A stretch of 61,717 nt of DNA, the filler included, from Nemertoderma westbladi (taxonomy: Eukaryota > Animalia > Xenacoelomorpha): NCBI GenBank assembly GCA_032718475.1. It is 3 parts of 3 records of this genome, joined end to end, with 100 filler letters (N's around TTAATTAATTAA, not from the genome) between each part and the next. Parts side by side here need not be neighbours in the genome. Positions count along the whole stretch, not along the records: positions 30,048 to 49,477 come from JAUCBJ010001049.1; 2 more parts are not named here. One strand, given 5' to 3'. The translations under genes and the position numbers were made by a program. Numbering within the stretch: position 1 is the first letter of the stretch; each line of letters opens with the position of its first letter. This document shows, one piece after another, positions 34,825 through 47,567 of the stretch. Below the pieces are notes generated by a model, which was not told the DNA's origin, did no database searches, and saw nothing but the letters and a program-made list of their open reading frames with translations.

Positions 34825-35332
34825 AACGGGAATCAGTTGCGTAGAGAAAAATTATTAGAAAGCCTTTTGCATGATAAGCAAAACATAAGCGCTGAAATCA
34901 ACAAGTTACGTGGAAATACATCGACTGTGAGTCACACAGTAGATGGAGCATCTTCCAGTGAGGATATAGTAAATGTTTTCAGTGATATCTACTCTAGTCT
35001 CTGTAACCAAAGGTTATGACGAAGATCTGAGTAATCATGAACATTTTGGTCCGTGACAAAATAGAGCAAACTAGTTTTGATAATGTAGAATGGGTTACTT
35101 CAGGTCTTGTATCTGCATCGAATAGTAAGCTGCAATAAGGTAAATCTGATGTTAGTTTCGCCTTTAACTCTACTTTACTTGTCTTTTAAATGCCCCCAGC
35201 GAGTTAGCCTCATCACTATGAGTGTATTGTTTAATGCATGTTTATTGCATGGCTATGTTCCGAAGTTCTTACTAATTTTTTCTCTTATCCCATTGGTTAA
35301 AGATAAATTAGATAAATTTCTAAATTTTTTAA

Positions 35333-35734
35333 TCTTTCATTTGTACCCCATGGGCGGCACATTGCCGCCTTAATTTTTTGTAACAAAATTATTGGCAACA
35401 TTGAAATTAAATTGCATAAATATACCCTCAAACCAATTGAAATTCCGTCAAGCAATATTATATTAATTTTTCTAGACCAGGTTTTCCTGCCCAACACTAT
35501 TATTAACTCAATTTTTCCGCCCCAATAGTAATAAGACGTTTTAAATTAAGGCGGCACCCTGCCGCCTTCGGGGTCAGGATAATATATGTACAGGCGGTAC
35601 TATGTTGCCATGGGGTTTAAGTTATAATTATATAAAGGCGGCACACTGCCCCCCTTATGAGCATGGTCCTGAATTATTTAGAATGAAAAAGGCGGCATTG
35701 TGCCGCCTTTTTTTTAGTGGTGGTTCGCAAAGGG
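35333..35734. mobile_element. Non-autonomous insertion with TTAA flanks (piggyBac-like)
   Basis: Right end AAAGGG|TTAA; degenerate left end TTAA|TCTTT; internal GGCGGCA repeats; interrupts the LINE RT. Confidence 0.45.
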
Positions 35735-36844
35735 TTAAGCTCTGTAAAATGGAATAGTGCTTCTTCGGAGCAGTTTATAATTACTAATGGAGTTAGACAA
35801 GGATCGGTGTCTTCACCAATCCTGTTTTTGATTTATTGTTAACAAGTTGATAATCAAGTTGCGTCAATCTGGTGTCACATTGGTTCAAGGTATTTCGGGA
35901 TTGTTGTCTGTCTATGCAGACGACATTCTCCTTCTTTCTCCATCCTTCACGGGTCTACAGTATATGGTTAACCTTTGTTCTGATTTTGCCAGAAAAAAAA
36001 CAGAATGAAATTTAGCACCAATGTCGATCCTACAAAGAGCAAAATAACTTGTGTTCCATTTGCTGCTAAATGGTCCCCTCCGAGTTTCCAGATCGTGCTC
36101 AATGGTGACAAACTTCCCTGGGAAAAGGAAATGAGACGTCTCGGCAATATTTTTCACTACTCGAACAAGTTTGATAGAGATCTTGGTCTTAAACGGGGAA
36201 GTTTTATCGGGAAGATGAATTGTCTCAGCAAAGAATTATCTTTTGCACACCCAGCTACTCAGTCAGAGTCGCATAGAGTTTATACAACTAGTTTCTATGG
36301 AAACGGATTCAATGGAAACATCTGGTCGGAAGCTTGTGTGCGGCTCGTAACTGCTTGGAACAAGAATTTGAGAACTACCTGGCATCTCCCATATAATACA
36401 CACAGGTGCATCGTTGAACATCTGAATCCCTTCCAGCATCCTTTTGTCATGCTGTGTTCGAGATTTGTAGGGTTTGCAAAACGTCTGTTATCGTCCAGTG
36501 TGAATAAGCCATCGTTATCCTTCCTTACGAATCTATGTCTATTCGATCAGTAGAACTCTTTCTGGTAAGAACCTATAAATTATTGCAGCAAAGGTCAACG
36601 TAAACGTGAAGAATCTTAACATGTTTAAAAGTCTACGATGGTTTTGTAATCCTAACGGATCAGATATAGCTATGGTTGTAAGAGAATTAGTTGCGTGTCG
36701 CTATAACCTGTGTATATCGCGCTTCACAAATTAGGAGCTGGACTATATATTAAAGTTTGTTTGTACGTCATAAATCCCTTAACTTAAATTATTATGTATA
36801 TATATATGTATATATTATATATATGTATTATATCTATATTTATG

Positions 36845-38516
36845 AAGAGGATAATGAAGAGGAACGGGGCTAATGTGTCTCCTTGAAGGACACCCCAGAG
36901 AACCTAAAATGGGTCTGTGTCTCCATCAGTAGTGGATACAAAGGTCGTGGAACCGTCATATACTGATCTGATTGCATTAATGATCTCATTGGGGATCCCA
37001 TATGCCTGAAGAATTTGGAACATGCGTGGGCGTGACACGGAATCGAAGGCCTTGAAGAAATCCACAAATATGACAGCCAAATGTCTGTCTTTCTATGTAG
37101 AAACCTCTTCAATAATCCTTCTAAGTGCCAGAATGGGTTCAAAGGTACCTCTACCTTTTCGAAACCCATTTTGATTCCCACGCAAGAGTCTTTCTACAGG
37201 ATCCCTAATGCGATTCAGCATTATTCTGTTGAATAATTTAGCTGCAATTGAGATTAGACTAATTCCACGATATGAACCAAAATAGGAGAGGTTGCCCTTC
37301 TTTGGAACGGGTGTTAGCCGATTAGTCTTCAGTTCTTGTGGTGCAATCTTAGTGCGGTACATTTCTGCTAGGATAGGGTGGGCTAGTTGAAGGCATTCTC
37401 TGATCTTAAAGACCTCGGGAGGCACATCATCAAAACCAGATGCCCTATTGGTTTTAATGTCATTCGAAGCAGTTAAGACCTCTTCGAATGTTATGTCACC
37501 AATTGGGATGTCTGAGAGTATTGTGTGTGACACAGGCTTTACAGTGAAATCGTCAGTCAGTTCTCGATCATTATTTAGCAACTTCATTATTGTGGTGGAC
37601 TATGTGCTGCGGACATCACTCGATCTTCATGAAGCTGATGGGGTGGAAATATCTCCACCATCAGGTAGCCGTAGACGTGGTTCCCCAGCAGAACATCTAA
37701 CCGACCTTGACTTTGCAGATGACCTTGGTTTACTGTCAGAGACATTAGAAGGAGCACAGAAGCTGCTATCTAGCTTAGAGGAGGCTGCATCTAGTGTTGG
37801 CCTCTTTGTGAATAGCACAAAGACCAAAATTCTGACAGTAAACATGGATTCAGATCAGCAGAAAATTGATCGGGATAACATTCAATCGCTGGATGGACTG
37901 GTAAGTCATGTGAACGACTTCTGCTACCTTGGATCATGGGTTCGCAGGTCTGCTGAAGATCTCCGAATTCGCAAAGGGAAAGCCTGGTCCGCCATCCACA
38001 AGCTATCCAGGATCTGGAAGAGCTCTGACATCTCATGCTCTTTAAAGGTACGCCTTTTCCGTGCAGCAGTGGAGCCTGTGCTGCTCTATGGCAGCCCATG
38101 CTGGGCTCTAACAGCTGAAGACACCAGGTCCTTGGATGGCACATACACCAGGATGCTTCGCCGGGTGCACAACATAGCATATGATGCACACATAAGCAAT
38201 GAGGTGTTATATAAATATGGTAACATATCATTGCCAAGACCTAGCATCACCCTGCAGAAACGCCGTCTAATGCTTGCTGGGCACTGTTTCCGCCGGCAGG
38301 ATCAACCTGTACACACACAACCTTGTGCTGTGGCAGCCTGCTGGCGAGAATAGACGTGGTGGATAGCCAATGACTTTCCTCAAACGCCTGCTCAAGGACA
38401 CAGGACTTGAGAACAGGAATGAATTAGGAAATTGTATGGCTGACCGCAAGATCTGGGGGCGCTATGTTTCTGGGGCCGCCGGCACTGCACCCTAGTGCAA
38501 GCCGATCATCATCATC
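36845..38516. mobile_element. RTE-like LINE insertion, 5'-truncated, with inverted 5' segment
   Basis: Minus strand about 37580->36850 encodes PVPKKGNLS, YRGISL, NQNGFRKGR ... QGDTLAPFLFII. Plus strand from about 37583 continues FIIVVDYVLR, DLDFADDL, FCYLGS, VLLYGS, AGHCFRR. (CAT)n tail; flanking direct repeat ATATTTATG at 36836-36844 and 38517-38525. Confidence 0.88.
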
Positions 38517-39119
38517 ATATTTATGTATATTTTTTGTTGTTCTTCCTTTGATAGATTACATTATATTTAATACTACTGTACGTATGACAATGTGTATTTT
38601 CAGTTTTATATTTTCTTTCCGTGTCTTTGGGTTCACATGTCTATTTAATGTTCGGCTTGTAACATTGATTGTTTGTTAACTATATAAAATTTTATAAAAT
38701 AATAAAAACAATAATAAACGTAATAATTACTGTAGCTCGGCTAATTTTTAAAAGTAATAATATTTCACTCTGGAACTTTTTCAAAATAAATCCAAAAAAA
38801 CTAACGAAACACGTCCCTATTTCGATTAATTACTCATACAGTATATCTCAATAATCATTTTAGAATATCTCATTTGGTAACTGGATTATCTGTATAAATC
38901 CACTAATTAAAGGACTAATTGAATTATATTCCTTGCAGAGGTCCGTCGTATAGTCAAACCAAGGTCGGGCCACTAACAGCAGGACGTTATCTTAAAGATG
39001 ATATTAGCCCATTGAGTGACACCATCACGTCTGTGAAACTTGTATAAACTACAATATTTATTGTTGAAAACTATTATTATCTATGGTTATGGGTATTTAT
39101 TCATATATAAAGACATTAT

Positions 39120-39650
39120 AGTAGTAGGGGTTTGCTCCTCTCTGCGACAGTTAGACCACACTGACACCCATTGGGTGTCATATGACACCCTATTATCACC
39201 CATAGGGTGTCATTGGGTGTCATTGGCGCCAGACTGTCTGGGTGACACCTCCCAATTAGGCTAATTAGACCCTAATTGATAGGTGGCATCAATTAATTAG
39301 TACAATTAAACCCTAATAGGTGTCTTACGACTCCTAATTAGGGTTTAATTGATTATCCTAATTAATCAGACTGATTAGCGCCCTGACACACAATGGGTCA
39401 TCAGTGTGGTCTAACTGTCGCAGAGCCGAGCAAAGGGTGTCATAAGTGACACCGCGGCTCTTTTATTTATTAATACCTATTTATTCATTAATTTTAATTA
39501 ATTACTTGTATTTATTTTACTTTATTTATTTGTATTTAATTTTAAATTAATCAATAATTAGTTTTATATATTGGTTTCTATATGACCTCATTGACTTTCA
39601 TCTCGTTATACTTAGCCATAGGGTATACAGCTCCCTTACTGGTAACTAAT
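39120..39650 (+). mobile_element. Second Polinton-type TIR (left end of another element or derivative)
   Basis: Begins AGTAGTAGGGGTTTG; shares the GACACCCATTGGGTGTCATATGACACCC block and following sequence with 32860-33435 in inverse, with substitutions. Confidence 0.8.
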
Positions 39651-39807
39651 TACTCTTATCTATATCCAGACAGCTTTATCGTTGACCTTTGACCCCCAAT
39701 TAGCTTTAACCAAGCAACAGCTTATTAATAATAGTTGTATCCAAGCGCCCCGCCCCCCCTCTCGTGACACCTCTGATTACTAATTACTCTTACCTATATC
39801 CAGCCGT

Positions 39808-40453
39808 CTGCAGTTCCATAGTCTGCCGCTAGAGGGCGTATGATCTGAAAATTAACATCTTCTCTAACTTTGTTATTTTCATTCCGAATAGGTTTAAACT
39901 CGGTAGGCATCTACTACGGCATAGGCCATATCTTTTGCGGAGACATAGAGTAGTCTGAAGTTCCCCTGTCTGCCGCTAGAGGGCGTATTATTTGAAAATT
40001 AACATCTTCTCTAGCTTTGTTATTTACAATCCGCAAAACTATGAAGTTATATTGCTTAAGAGTTCTAAGGGGCGAGCCATGAGGCAAGATGTTTGAGGCT
40101 TATTTAGATATATTATTACTTAATTTTGACCCCCCAATCGGCATCTACTACGGCATAGGCCATATCTTTTGCGGAGTCATAGAGTAGTCTGAAGTTCCCC
40201 TGTCTGCCGCTAGAGGGCGTATTATTTGAAAATTAACATCTTCTCTAGCTTTGTTATTTACAATCCGCAAAACTATGAAGTTATATTGCTTAAGAGTTCT
40301 AAGGGGCGAGCCATGAGGCAAGATGTTTGAGGCTTATTTAGATATATTATTACTTAATTTTGACCCCTCAATCGGTATCTATTACAATATGGGCTATATT
40401 TTTTGCAGAGTCACAGAGTAGTCTGAAGTTCCCCAGTCTGCCGCTAGAGGGCG
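39808..40453 (+). promoter_or_regulatory. 234-bp tandem repeat carrying four CTCF-like sites
   Basis: GCCGCTAGAGGGCG at 39825, 39972, 40206 and 40440, each preceded by CTG(C/A)AGTTCC. Confidence 0.6.
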
Positions 40454-40519
40454 AAATGTCTCAAAGTGAAAACCATATGGTAGCCATGAATTGGTTACTA
40501 GGCAATAATACTGCATTTT

Positions 40520-40632
40520 GCAACGTTAGGCCTATTGCTGACCGAACGAAAACTGCCCTGGTTCATGCAGGGATCGAACCCATGACATACGGGAGATGTG
40601 AATTCAATGCAACCACTACACCAAGGTGGAAC
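40520..40632 (-). mobile_element. tRNA-derived SINE copy
   Basis: Minus strand GTTCCACCTTGGTGTAGTGGTTGCATTGAATTCACATCTCCC...GGGTTCGATCCC. Confidence 0.75.
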
Positions 40633-40695
40633 AGTAACCGTCGAATTTGTTCGTTGACGTTCGAATTTGTAAGACTCTCATTTAAGACCTGACAC

Positions 40696-41222
40696 AGACT
40701 ATGCCTCACTGAGGCATAGACTATGCTCACTGAGGCATAGACTATGCCTCACTGAGGCACTGAGGCATAGACTATGCCTCACTGAGGCACTGAGGCATAG
40801 ACTATGCCTCACTGAGGCATAGACTATGCCTCACTGAGGCATAGACTATGCCTCACTGAGGCATAGACTATGACTCACTGAGGCATAGACTATGCCTCAC
40901 TGAGGCATAGACTATGCCTCACTGAGGCACTGAGGCATAGACTATGACTCACTGAGGCATAGACTATGCCTCACTGAGGCATAGACTATGCCTCACTGAG
41001 GCATAGACTATGCCTCACTGAGGCACTGAGGCATAGACTATAACTCAGTGAGGCATAGTCTATACCTCAGTGCCTCAGTGAGGCATAGTCTATGCCTCAG
41101 TGCCTCAGTGAGGCATAGTCTATGCCTCAGTGCCTCAGTGAGGCATAGTCTATGCCTCAGTGAGGCCTAGTCTATGCCTCAGTGCCTCAGTGAGGCATAG
41201 TCTATGCCTCAGTGCCTCAGTG
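40696..41222. repeat. 22-bp palindromic minisatellite with an orientation switch near 41042
   Basis: AGACTATGCCTCACTGAGGCAT units on the left; reverse-complement units (AGTCTATGCCTCAGTG...) on the right. Confidence 0.92.
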
Positions 41223-41223
41223 A

Positions 41224-43516
41224 CCCAGTAAAAAATGTCAATGTGCATCACATGTGGCTGCATGAATATTTTACACATATGTGGCATACATCGAAATGAA
41301 ACAGTCCAGACACATATGCAGTGCATACGTCTAAGCATATATGCTCCAAAAATGATACTGATAGTGCTGCATATGTGCATTATATGTGCAGTGCACAAAT
41401 ATAATAATTTGTGAAAATGATGTGCCCATTCACATGCAAGCCAGAAGTAGTGGCTTTGATTCAGAAAAATAATTTATTATTAGACGACATATATGCATTG
41501 TTATATGTGATCTGTTATATATATTGCATAATACAATAACAAGTAGAAACAGATTACGCACAGATAACTGAAAAATTTATAATAAAAACAGTTCGATACG
41601 GAGCACCTAAGTGGACATGAAAAATTAGCTATCTCATTATATTGACGAGCTATCTCATTATATTTATGTAGCTATCTCAACATTGACTTAAATATCTCAT
41701 TATATTGACCTAGCTAACTTAGCTATCTCATTATATTGACGTAGTTATCTCAACATTGGCTTAAATATCTCATTATATTGACCTAGCTAACTTAGCTATC
41801 TCTTTATATGGACTTAGCTATATCATTATATTGACTTAGCATCTCAATATATTGATGTACCTATCTCATTATATTGACTTAGCTATCTCATTATATTGAC
41901 CTAGCTAACTTAGCTATCTCATTATATTGACGTAGTTATCTCAACATTGGCTTAAATATCTCATTATATTGACCTAGCTAACTTAGCTATCTCATTATAC
42001 TGACTTAGCTATATCATTATATTGACTTAGCATCTCCATATATTGATGTAGCTATCTCATTATATTGACTTAGCATCTCAATATATTGACGTAGCTATCT
42101 CATTATATTGACGTAGCTATCTCATATTGACGTAGCTATCTCATTATATTGACTTATTGAAGTAGCTATCTCATTATATCGACTTAGCTATCTCATTATA
42201 TTGACTTAGCATCTTAATATATTGACGTAGCTATCTCATATTGACGTAGCTATCTCATTATATTGACTTAGCATCTCATATTGACGTAGCTATCTCATTA
42301 TATTGACTTAGCATCTCATATTGACGTAGCTATCTCATTTGAATAAAAAGGGGGTTTAATTCTGGAGTTGTAAGACCAGTTTGTTTGGTTGCTCTTAAAA
42401 ACAACAGTTTCAGTATTATATTTATAACAGTTATATTTCTGGAGTTGTTGGACCAGTTAGATTGATGACGGCCATCTCTTCTCCATTCGCTACATTCAGA
42501 GGTTCTCCATGCGGTTCTCCACAGTTCTCCACCTCGACGTCATCATGAGCAGATCCTTGACATCGTTCTCCATCTCTAGATTCATTGCCTTAAAATAAAT
42601 AATTAATAAATTAAAGAAAAATTAACATTATGCCTGTATTTATACCGGGAGCTGTAAGCGAAATTATCTATAATTATCTCATATACTATATAGGCCTACT
42701 AATTATTTCGAAATCAGCCCTTGGTCTATTAGTTTAGATTTGATCATTAATTTATTCACAATATTTTATTATTATATTCTTTTACGACATCTTATAGTTA
42801 ATAATTACCGGTATATACTGTACGTATAGTTTAATTTTATATTCTTAATATATGCATAATTAATAAATCTAACCAATAAGATCACACGGACTCCATTTTC
42901 TCAAATCTACCATCTGTCGATGGACCAGAAACAAAACTTTCTTCAAGGCTGACTCAGTAAAGTAACATCTATGACTATTTACTTCTGACAACAAAGGGAA
43001 TACAGGGAAATACAAGGGTAATAGTCAGGCATTACACATTACTATGTTACTATACACTAGTCGGCCTACTGCTGTACTGCAGTACAGCAGTATGCCAGAA
43101 TTATTGTTTTACAAGTAGTGGCAACTAATAAAAAGGATATTCATCAGCATTAAATAGTGTTGATGTTAAGTCAAAAGCGTGGGAAAATAGACAGGTACAG
43201 AACATAAGCTGTGACTGGCATATGTTTCGCACAAATTCCACACATATTCTCACCATAAATTTTCTGTCATGTTTACAGTAGCACATGTAAATCTTATGGG
43301 TATCTGATATGCCAATGCACAAAATATTGTGTGTCAAAGGCATATGTTTTAAATATATCAATCACAATTACATGAAACTGAGATTTAATGTGTGCCTTTA
43401 CCACATTCTCTGCTTATGTGCTGAAATTATGTTGCTGCATATATTTTTGTTGGGCATAAGTTTCCCACATGACACATGTAATTCACATATGATACATATT
43501 ACCATTTTTAACTGGG
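41224..43516. mobile_element. Non-autonomous DNA transposon with CCCAG termini
   Basis: CCCAGTAAAAAATG ... CATTTTTAACTGGG; CACATATG-rich subterminal regions at both ends. Confidence 0.6.
41625..42340. repeat. ~22-bp minisatellite
   Basis: Unit TTAGCTATCTCATTATATTGAC with variants. Confidence 0.92.
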
Positions 43517-43559
43517 AAGGGAGCTTCTGAGCTTAATTGGATAGGTGCAAAAATGCACC

Positions 43560-44915
43560 ACGTGCAACAATAAGCAACAACGAGCAACAAATGAACAATG
43601 AGCTGATGAGTAACAAAACAACGGGCAACAACGAGTAACAATGAGCAACAACCTGACAACGAGTAACATTGAGCAATAATAAAGTACAACAACGAGCAAT
43701 AATGAGCAACAACGACTGAACGAGCAATAATAAAGTACAACAACGAGCAACATTGAGAAACAACGAGCAACAATGAGCAATAATAAAGTACAACAACGAG
43801 CAACAACGACTGACCAAGCAACAACGACTGACCGAGCAACAACGAGTAATATTGAGCAACAACGAGCAACAATGAGCAATAATAAAGTACAACAACGAGA
43901 AACAATGAGGAACAACGATTGAACGAGCAATAATAAAGTACAACAACGAGCAACAACGAGAAACAACGAGCAATAATGAGCAACAACGACTGAACGAGCA
44001 ACAACGAGTTATATTGAGCAACAAGGAGTTATATTGAGCAACAATGAGCAATAATAAAGTACAACAACGAGCAACAATGGGCAACAACGACTGACCGAGC
44101 AACAACGAGTAATATTGAGCAACAATGAGCAACAATGAGCAATAATAAAGTACACCAACGAGAAACAACGAGCAACAATGAGGAACAACGATTGAATGAG
44201 CAATAATAAAGTACAACAACGTGCAACAATGAGTAACGATGAGCAATAATGAGCAACAACGAGCAATAATAGGGTACAACGAGCAACAACGAGCAATAAT
44301 AAAGTACAACTAACGAGCAACAATGAGCACCAACAAGCAACAATGACCAACAGTAAGCAACAACGAGCAACAAATGAACAATGAGCAACAACGAGCAGAC
44401 GAGTAACAACGAGCAACAATGAGCAACAACGAGTAACATTGAGCAATAATAAAGTACAACAACGAGCAACAACGACTGGACGGGCAACAATGAGCAACAA
44501 CGAGTAACAATGAGCAACTACGACTACTACGAGTAACATTGAGCAACAATGAGAAACAACGAGCAAAAATGAGCAATAATAAACGAAATAAAGTACAACA
44601 ACGAGCAACAATGAGCAACAGTGAGAAACAACGAACAACAATGAGCAATAATGAGGAACAACGACTGAACGAGCAACAACGAGTAACATTGAGAAACACC
44701 GAGCAACAATGAGCAACAACGATTGAACGAGCAATAATAAAGTACAACAACAAGCAACAATGGGTAACAATAAACAATAATGAGCAATAATAGAGTACAA
44801 CGAGCAACAACGAGCAATAATAAAGTACAACTAACGAGCAACAATGAGCACCAACAAGCAACAATGACCAACAATGAGAAATAATAAAGCACAACGAGCA
44901 GCAATGAGCAACAAA
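43560..44915. repeat. Degenerate 9-mer-based (GAGCAACAAC/T) low-complexity satellite
   Basis: Recurring GAGCAACAAC, GAGCAATAAT and AAAGTACAAC blocks. Confidence 0.92.
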
Positions 44916-44955
44916 CTGCGTCGAACCGGATTGAATGTGGGGGAGAGCCACGTTC

Positions 44956-45259
44956 AAGTGAGCGAAGCCTTAGCTGGGGAACTATTATATGGGTGCTATT
45001 AACGAGTTGTCTGTCGTCGTTGTAAATTTATTATCGCTAATAACTCGGTCATTCCTTGATGAAATTAAACGAAACTTAGTATGTATGTAGTCTGTCAAAA
45101 GATTAGAAATAATCTGAAGTTTGGTAAAAAAACAAACGAACGCAATGAGGCAAATTAAGGAGACGAGTATTGTGTTGAACGACCTCTGACTAACGAAAGA
45201 CAACATGTTAATGGGGTGGGGCCCCTATCAGCTAGGGCTAGCTAAGGCTTTGCTCACTT
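44956..45259. mobile_element. ~300-bp MITE-like element
   Basis: AAGTGAGCGAAGCCTTAGCT ... AGCTAAGGCTTTGCTCACTT (20-bp inverted repeat, 1 mismatch). Confidence 0.6.
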
Positions 45260-46115
45260 CATGCTGCGCAAAGGTCCCACGAACGTGTCCCACTCCTGCC
45301 TGAGCCAGTTGAGCCAAAACGTCATCCAGTCATCATCTTTAACCTTCATAATGTCTATCAGCTGCCCAACCGAACTATCTTTGTGCCTATTGACATGACA
45401 TTGACATTGGTTTTTCACTTTTTTCACACCTTTCAAGTACAACATTGTGGACAATCCATCTAAGAGGGGCGTAACGCGGAGCAGAAGAGGAAATGCAGGA
45501 CACAAGTTAGTTTTTCGAAACTGTGCGGCGATGTCCAGTTACTTGAGTCATGTTTCATCGAAATACGTGACAATGTATGTGCACTCAGATGGGCGATGGG
45601 CTATTCTTTTGAATATCAATGGGCTATTCTATGCTACCGTGTGAGGTACCGGTAAGAATGCCAGTGCTAGCAACTTCATTATGATACGATATTCTATAGA
45701 GGATTTATAGAGTGCAGTGCAACCATTGTCCTTATCCTTAACCCAACAATTAGCAATATACAGACTGACATAAATCAAAGAATTATGAAAGAAGTGTACA
45801 CAATACACATACTGTAAGGAATAAGGAATATTTATTTTATTTAAGGAATGTGCAGATTTTGGAATACAATTGTATTCCTAAATAAGAAACCCAGGTCAAA
45901 AAGTTCTTATTTAGGGACTTTTAGTATCTATGTGTACAATTTCGATATCTTAAATAAGGTAAATTTAAAAAATCCCCCTTATTTAGGAACTAGTCGTATT
46001 TGATGCAATTTTAAAACGCTTGTAGAAAAAAAACCGGACGGTGAAATGTTTTCTGGTTTTTTGCTTTATGTTCAAGAAAGACCCAACTTTTACATTGTGA
46101 AATAAAATTATGCGG

Positions 46116-47480
46116 TAGGGGAAAGTGGGGGAAGTAGAATAACTGAAACAACTGGAAACAACTGAAGATGTGCGCTCACAATTATAGATACAAACTAAAA
46201 ATTCCGAATTCCTAACATAGAATTAAATGGGGAACAAATTTTATATAGATTTCTTATAGCTTTATTGAGAACTAAATGGTCAAATTTCAACTTGTTCAAT
46301 CTTTGAATAAAAAATCAATTTTTTGATTATCTTTGTAAGATTTCATGTATGCAATTATGATAGTTTTTATGATCCCATTGTTGTATTAACTGGCTTATTT
46401 AAAAGGAAATTTTGTAATCTGTTCAGTTCTAATCTCATTTACATGATTTTATATTAACAAAATTGTCTTATATGAGTGATTAAAAAATGGGCTCTATTTT
46501 TATGCTGTGGGGTAAGTAGAAACATGTACTAATGTCTCATTCATTACACCAAGCACAACCCTTCAAAGAGCAATAGCTTCCATTAATAGTGGGCAATATA
46601 CAGTTCGAGAAGCTGCAGAAACATTTAATATTCCTTCTGGAACTTTAGGCAAAAAAAGTTAAATTATTCGGATCCAGCTCGTGTATTGCAGGGACGCTTG
46701 CCTTATTTAGGAACAGCAAATGAAAATGCATTGGAATCTTGCCTTATTGCTTTTGGGAAAGCCGGAATGGGTTTAACTCAAGAAGAAATTCTAAACATTG
46801 TCTGGGACTTTACTCATAGTGATTGTGTTGTAGTGAACCCCTTTAAGGGAAAGAAGCCAGGTGTGGATTTCCTTAAGGGCTTCATGGAAAGACACCCTCG
46901 GTTGTCATGTCGTAAAGGGGAACAGCTATCAAAGTCTCGGCTTAAAGCTGCAGATCCATTTATTGTGAACAAGTTTTATGAAGATGTTCTCAAAGTTTAT
47001 AGCGATGAGGGTTTATTAGGTCATCCCGAATTGATAGCTAATGTAGACGAATCTGGGTTTAACTTAGATCCGAGATCTAAAAAAATAATTGTTATGAAAG
47101 GACAGAAACGTGTGTCAAGTATGATAGCAGGGACAGGAAAGGAACAATTTACGGTCCTGGGTGGTGGGTTTGCAACAGGAAAACGATTTCCTCCTCTAAT
47201 ATTGTCCAAGACAAAGAAGTTGTGGACAAATAGTTTCTCAGATGAAGATTACCCTGGGACAACATACGCAGCAGTTGTAAAGGGTTGGATGAAGGGGGTA
47301 TCTTCATAAATTGGCTGAAGATTGGTTTCCTTAGTCAGCTACCTATAGACCACACATTGAAAGCAGTTCTGTTTATCGATGGGAGTTCAACACATATCAC
47401 TTATGACATTGTCAAGTTTTGCATGGATAACAGTATTATTTTCATTAAACTTCCACCGAACCTTACTCATATCCTACAGC
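46116..47480 (+). pseudogene. pogo/Tigger-family DDE transposon relic (psq-type HTH, CENP-B-like HTH, DDE_1), frameshifted and truncated
   Basis: TA|GGGGAAAGTGGGG-type end at about 46116; TVREAAETFNIPSGTL, FMERHPRLS, NVDESGF, KGWM, LFIDGSSTH, LPPNLTHILQP. Confidence 0.85.
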
Positions 47481-47567
47481 CAGACTGGAATCTCTATGTT
47501 TCGTGCGCCGAAGGTGCGCCAAGGGTCAAAAAAATCTGCGCCAGCTCAAAGTACCTGTGCGCCAACC

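Larger units (their letters stand above)
33990..36771 (+). pseudogene. Fragmented L2/Daphne-like LINE (ORF1 tail, APE remnant, RT) interrupted by MITEs
   Basis: FRISVE...LEPSLWPRGVYVRKW; GRPSGG; LIPLVKDK; NGVRQGSVSSP; YADDILLLS; NVDPTKSK; WHLPYNTHR. Many stops and frameshifts. Confidence 0.75.

Noticed and set aside
33436-39119. A single transposon bounded by the two TIRs
   Set aside because: The AGTAGT termini face inward, the wrong orientation to enclose this interval, and the interval consists of unrelated LINE and MITE debris.
43483-44957. Cys/Leu/Val-rich membrane-protein ORFs
   Set aside because: They are translations of a CAA-rich low-complexity repeat in several overlapping frames.
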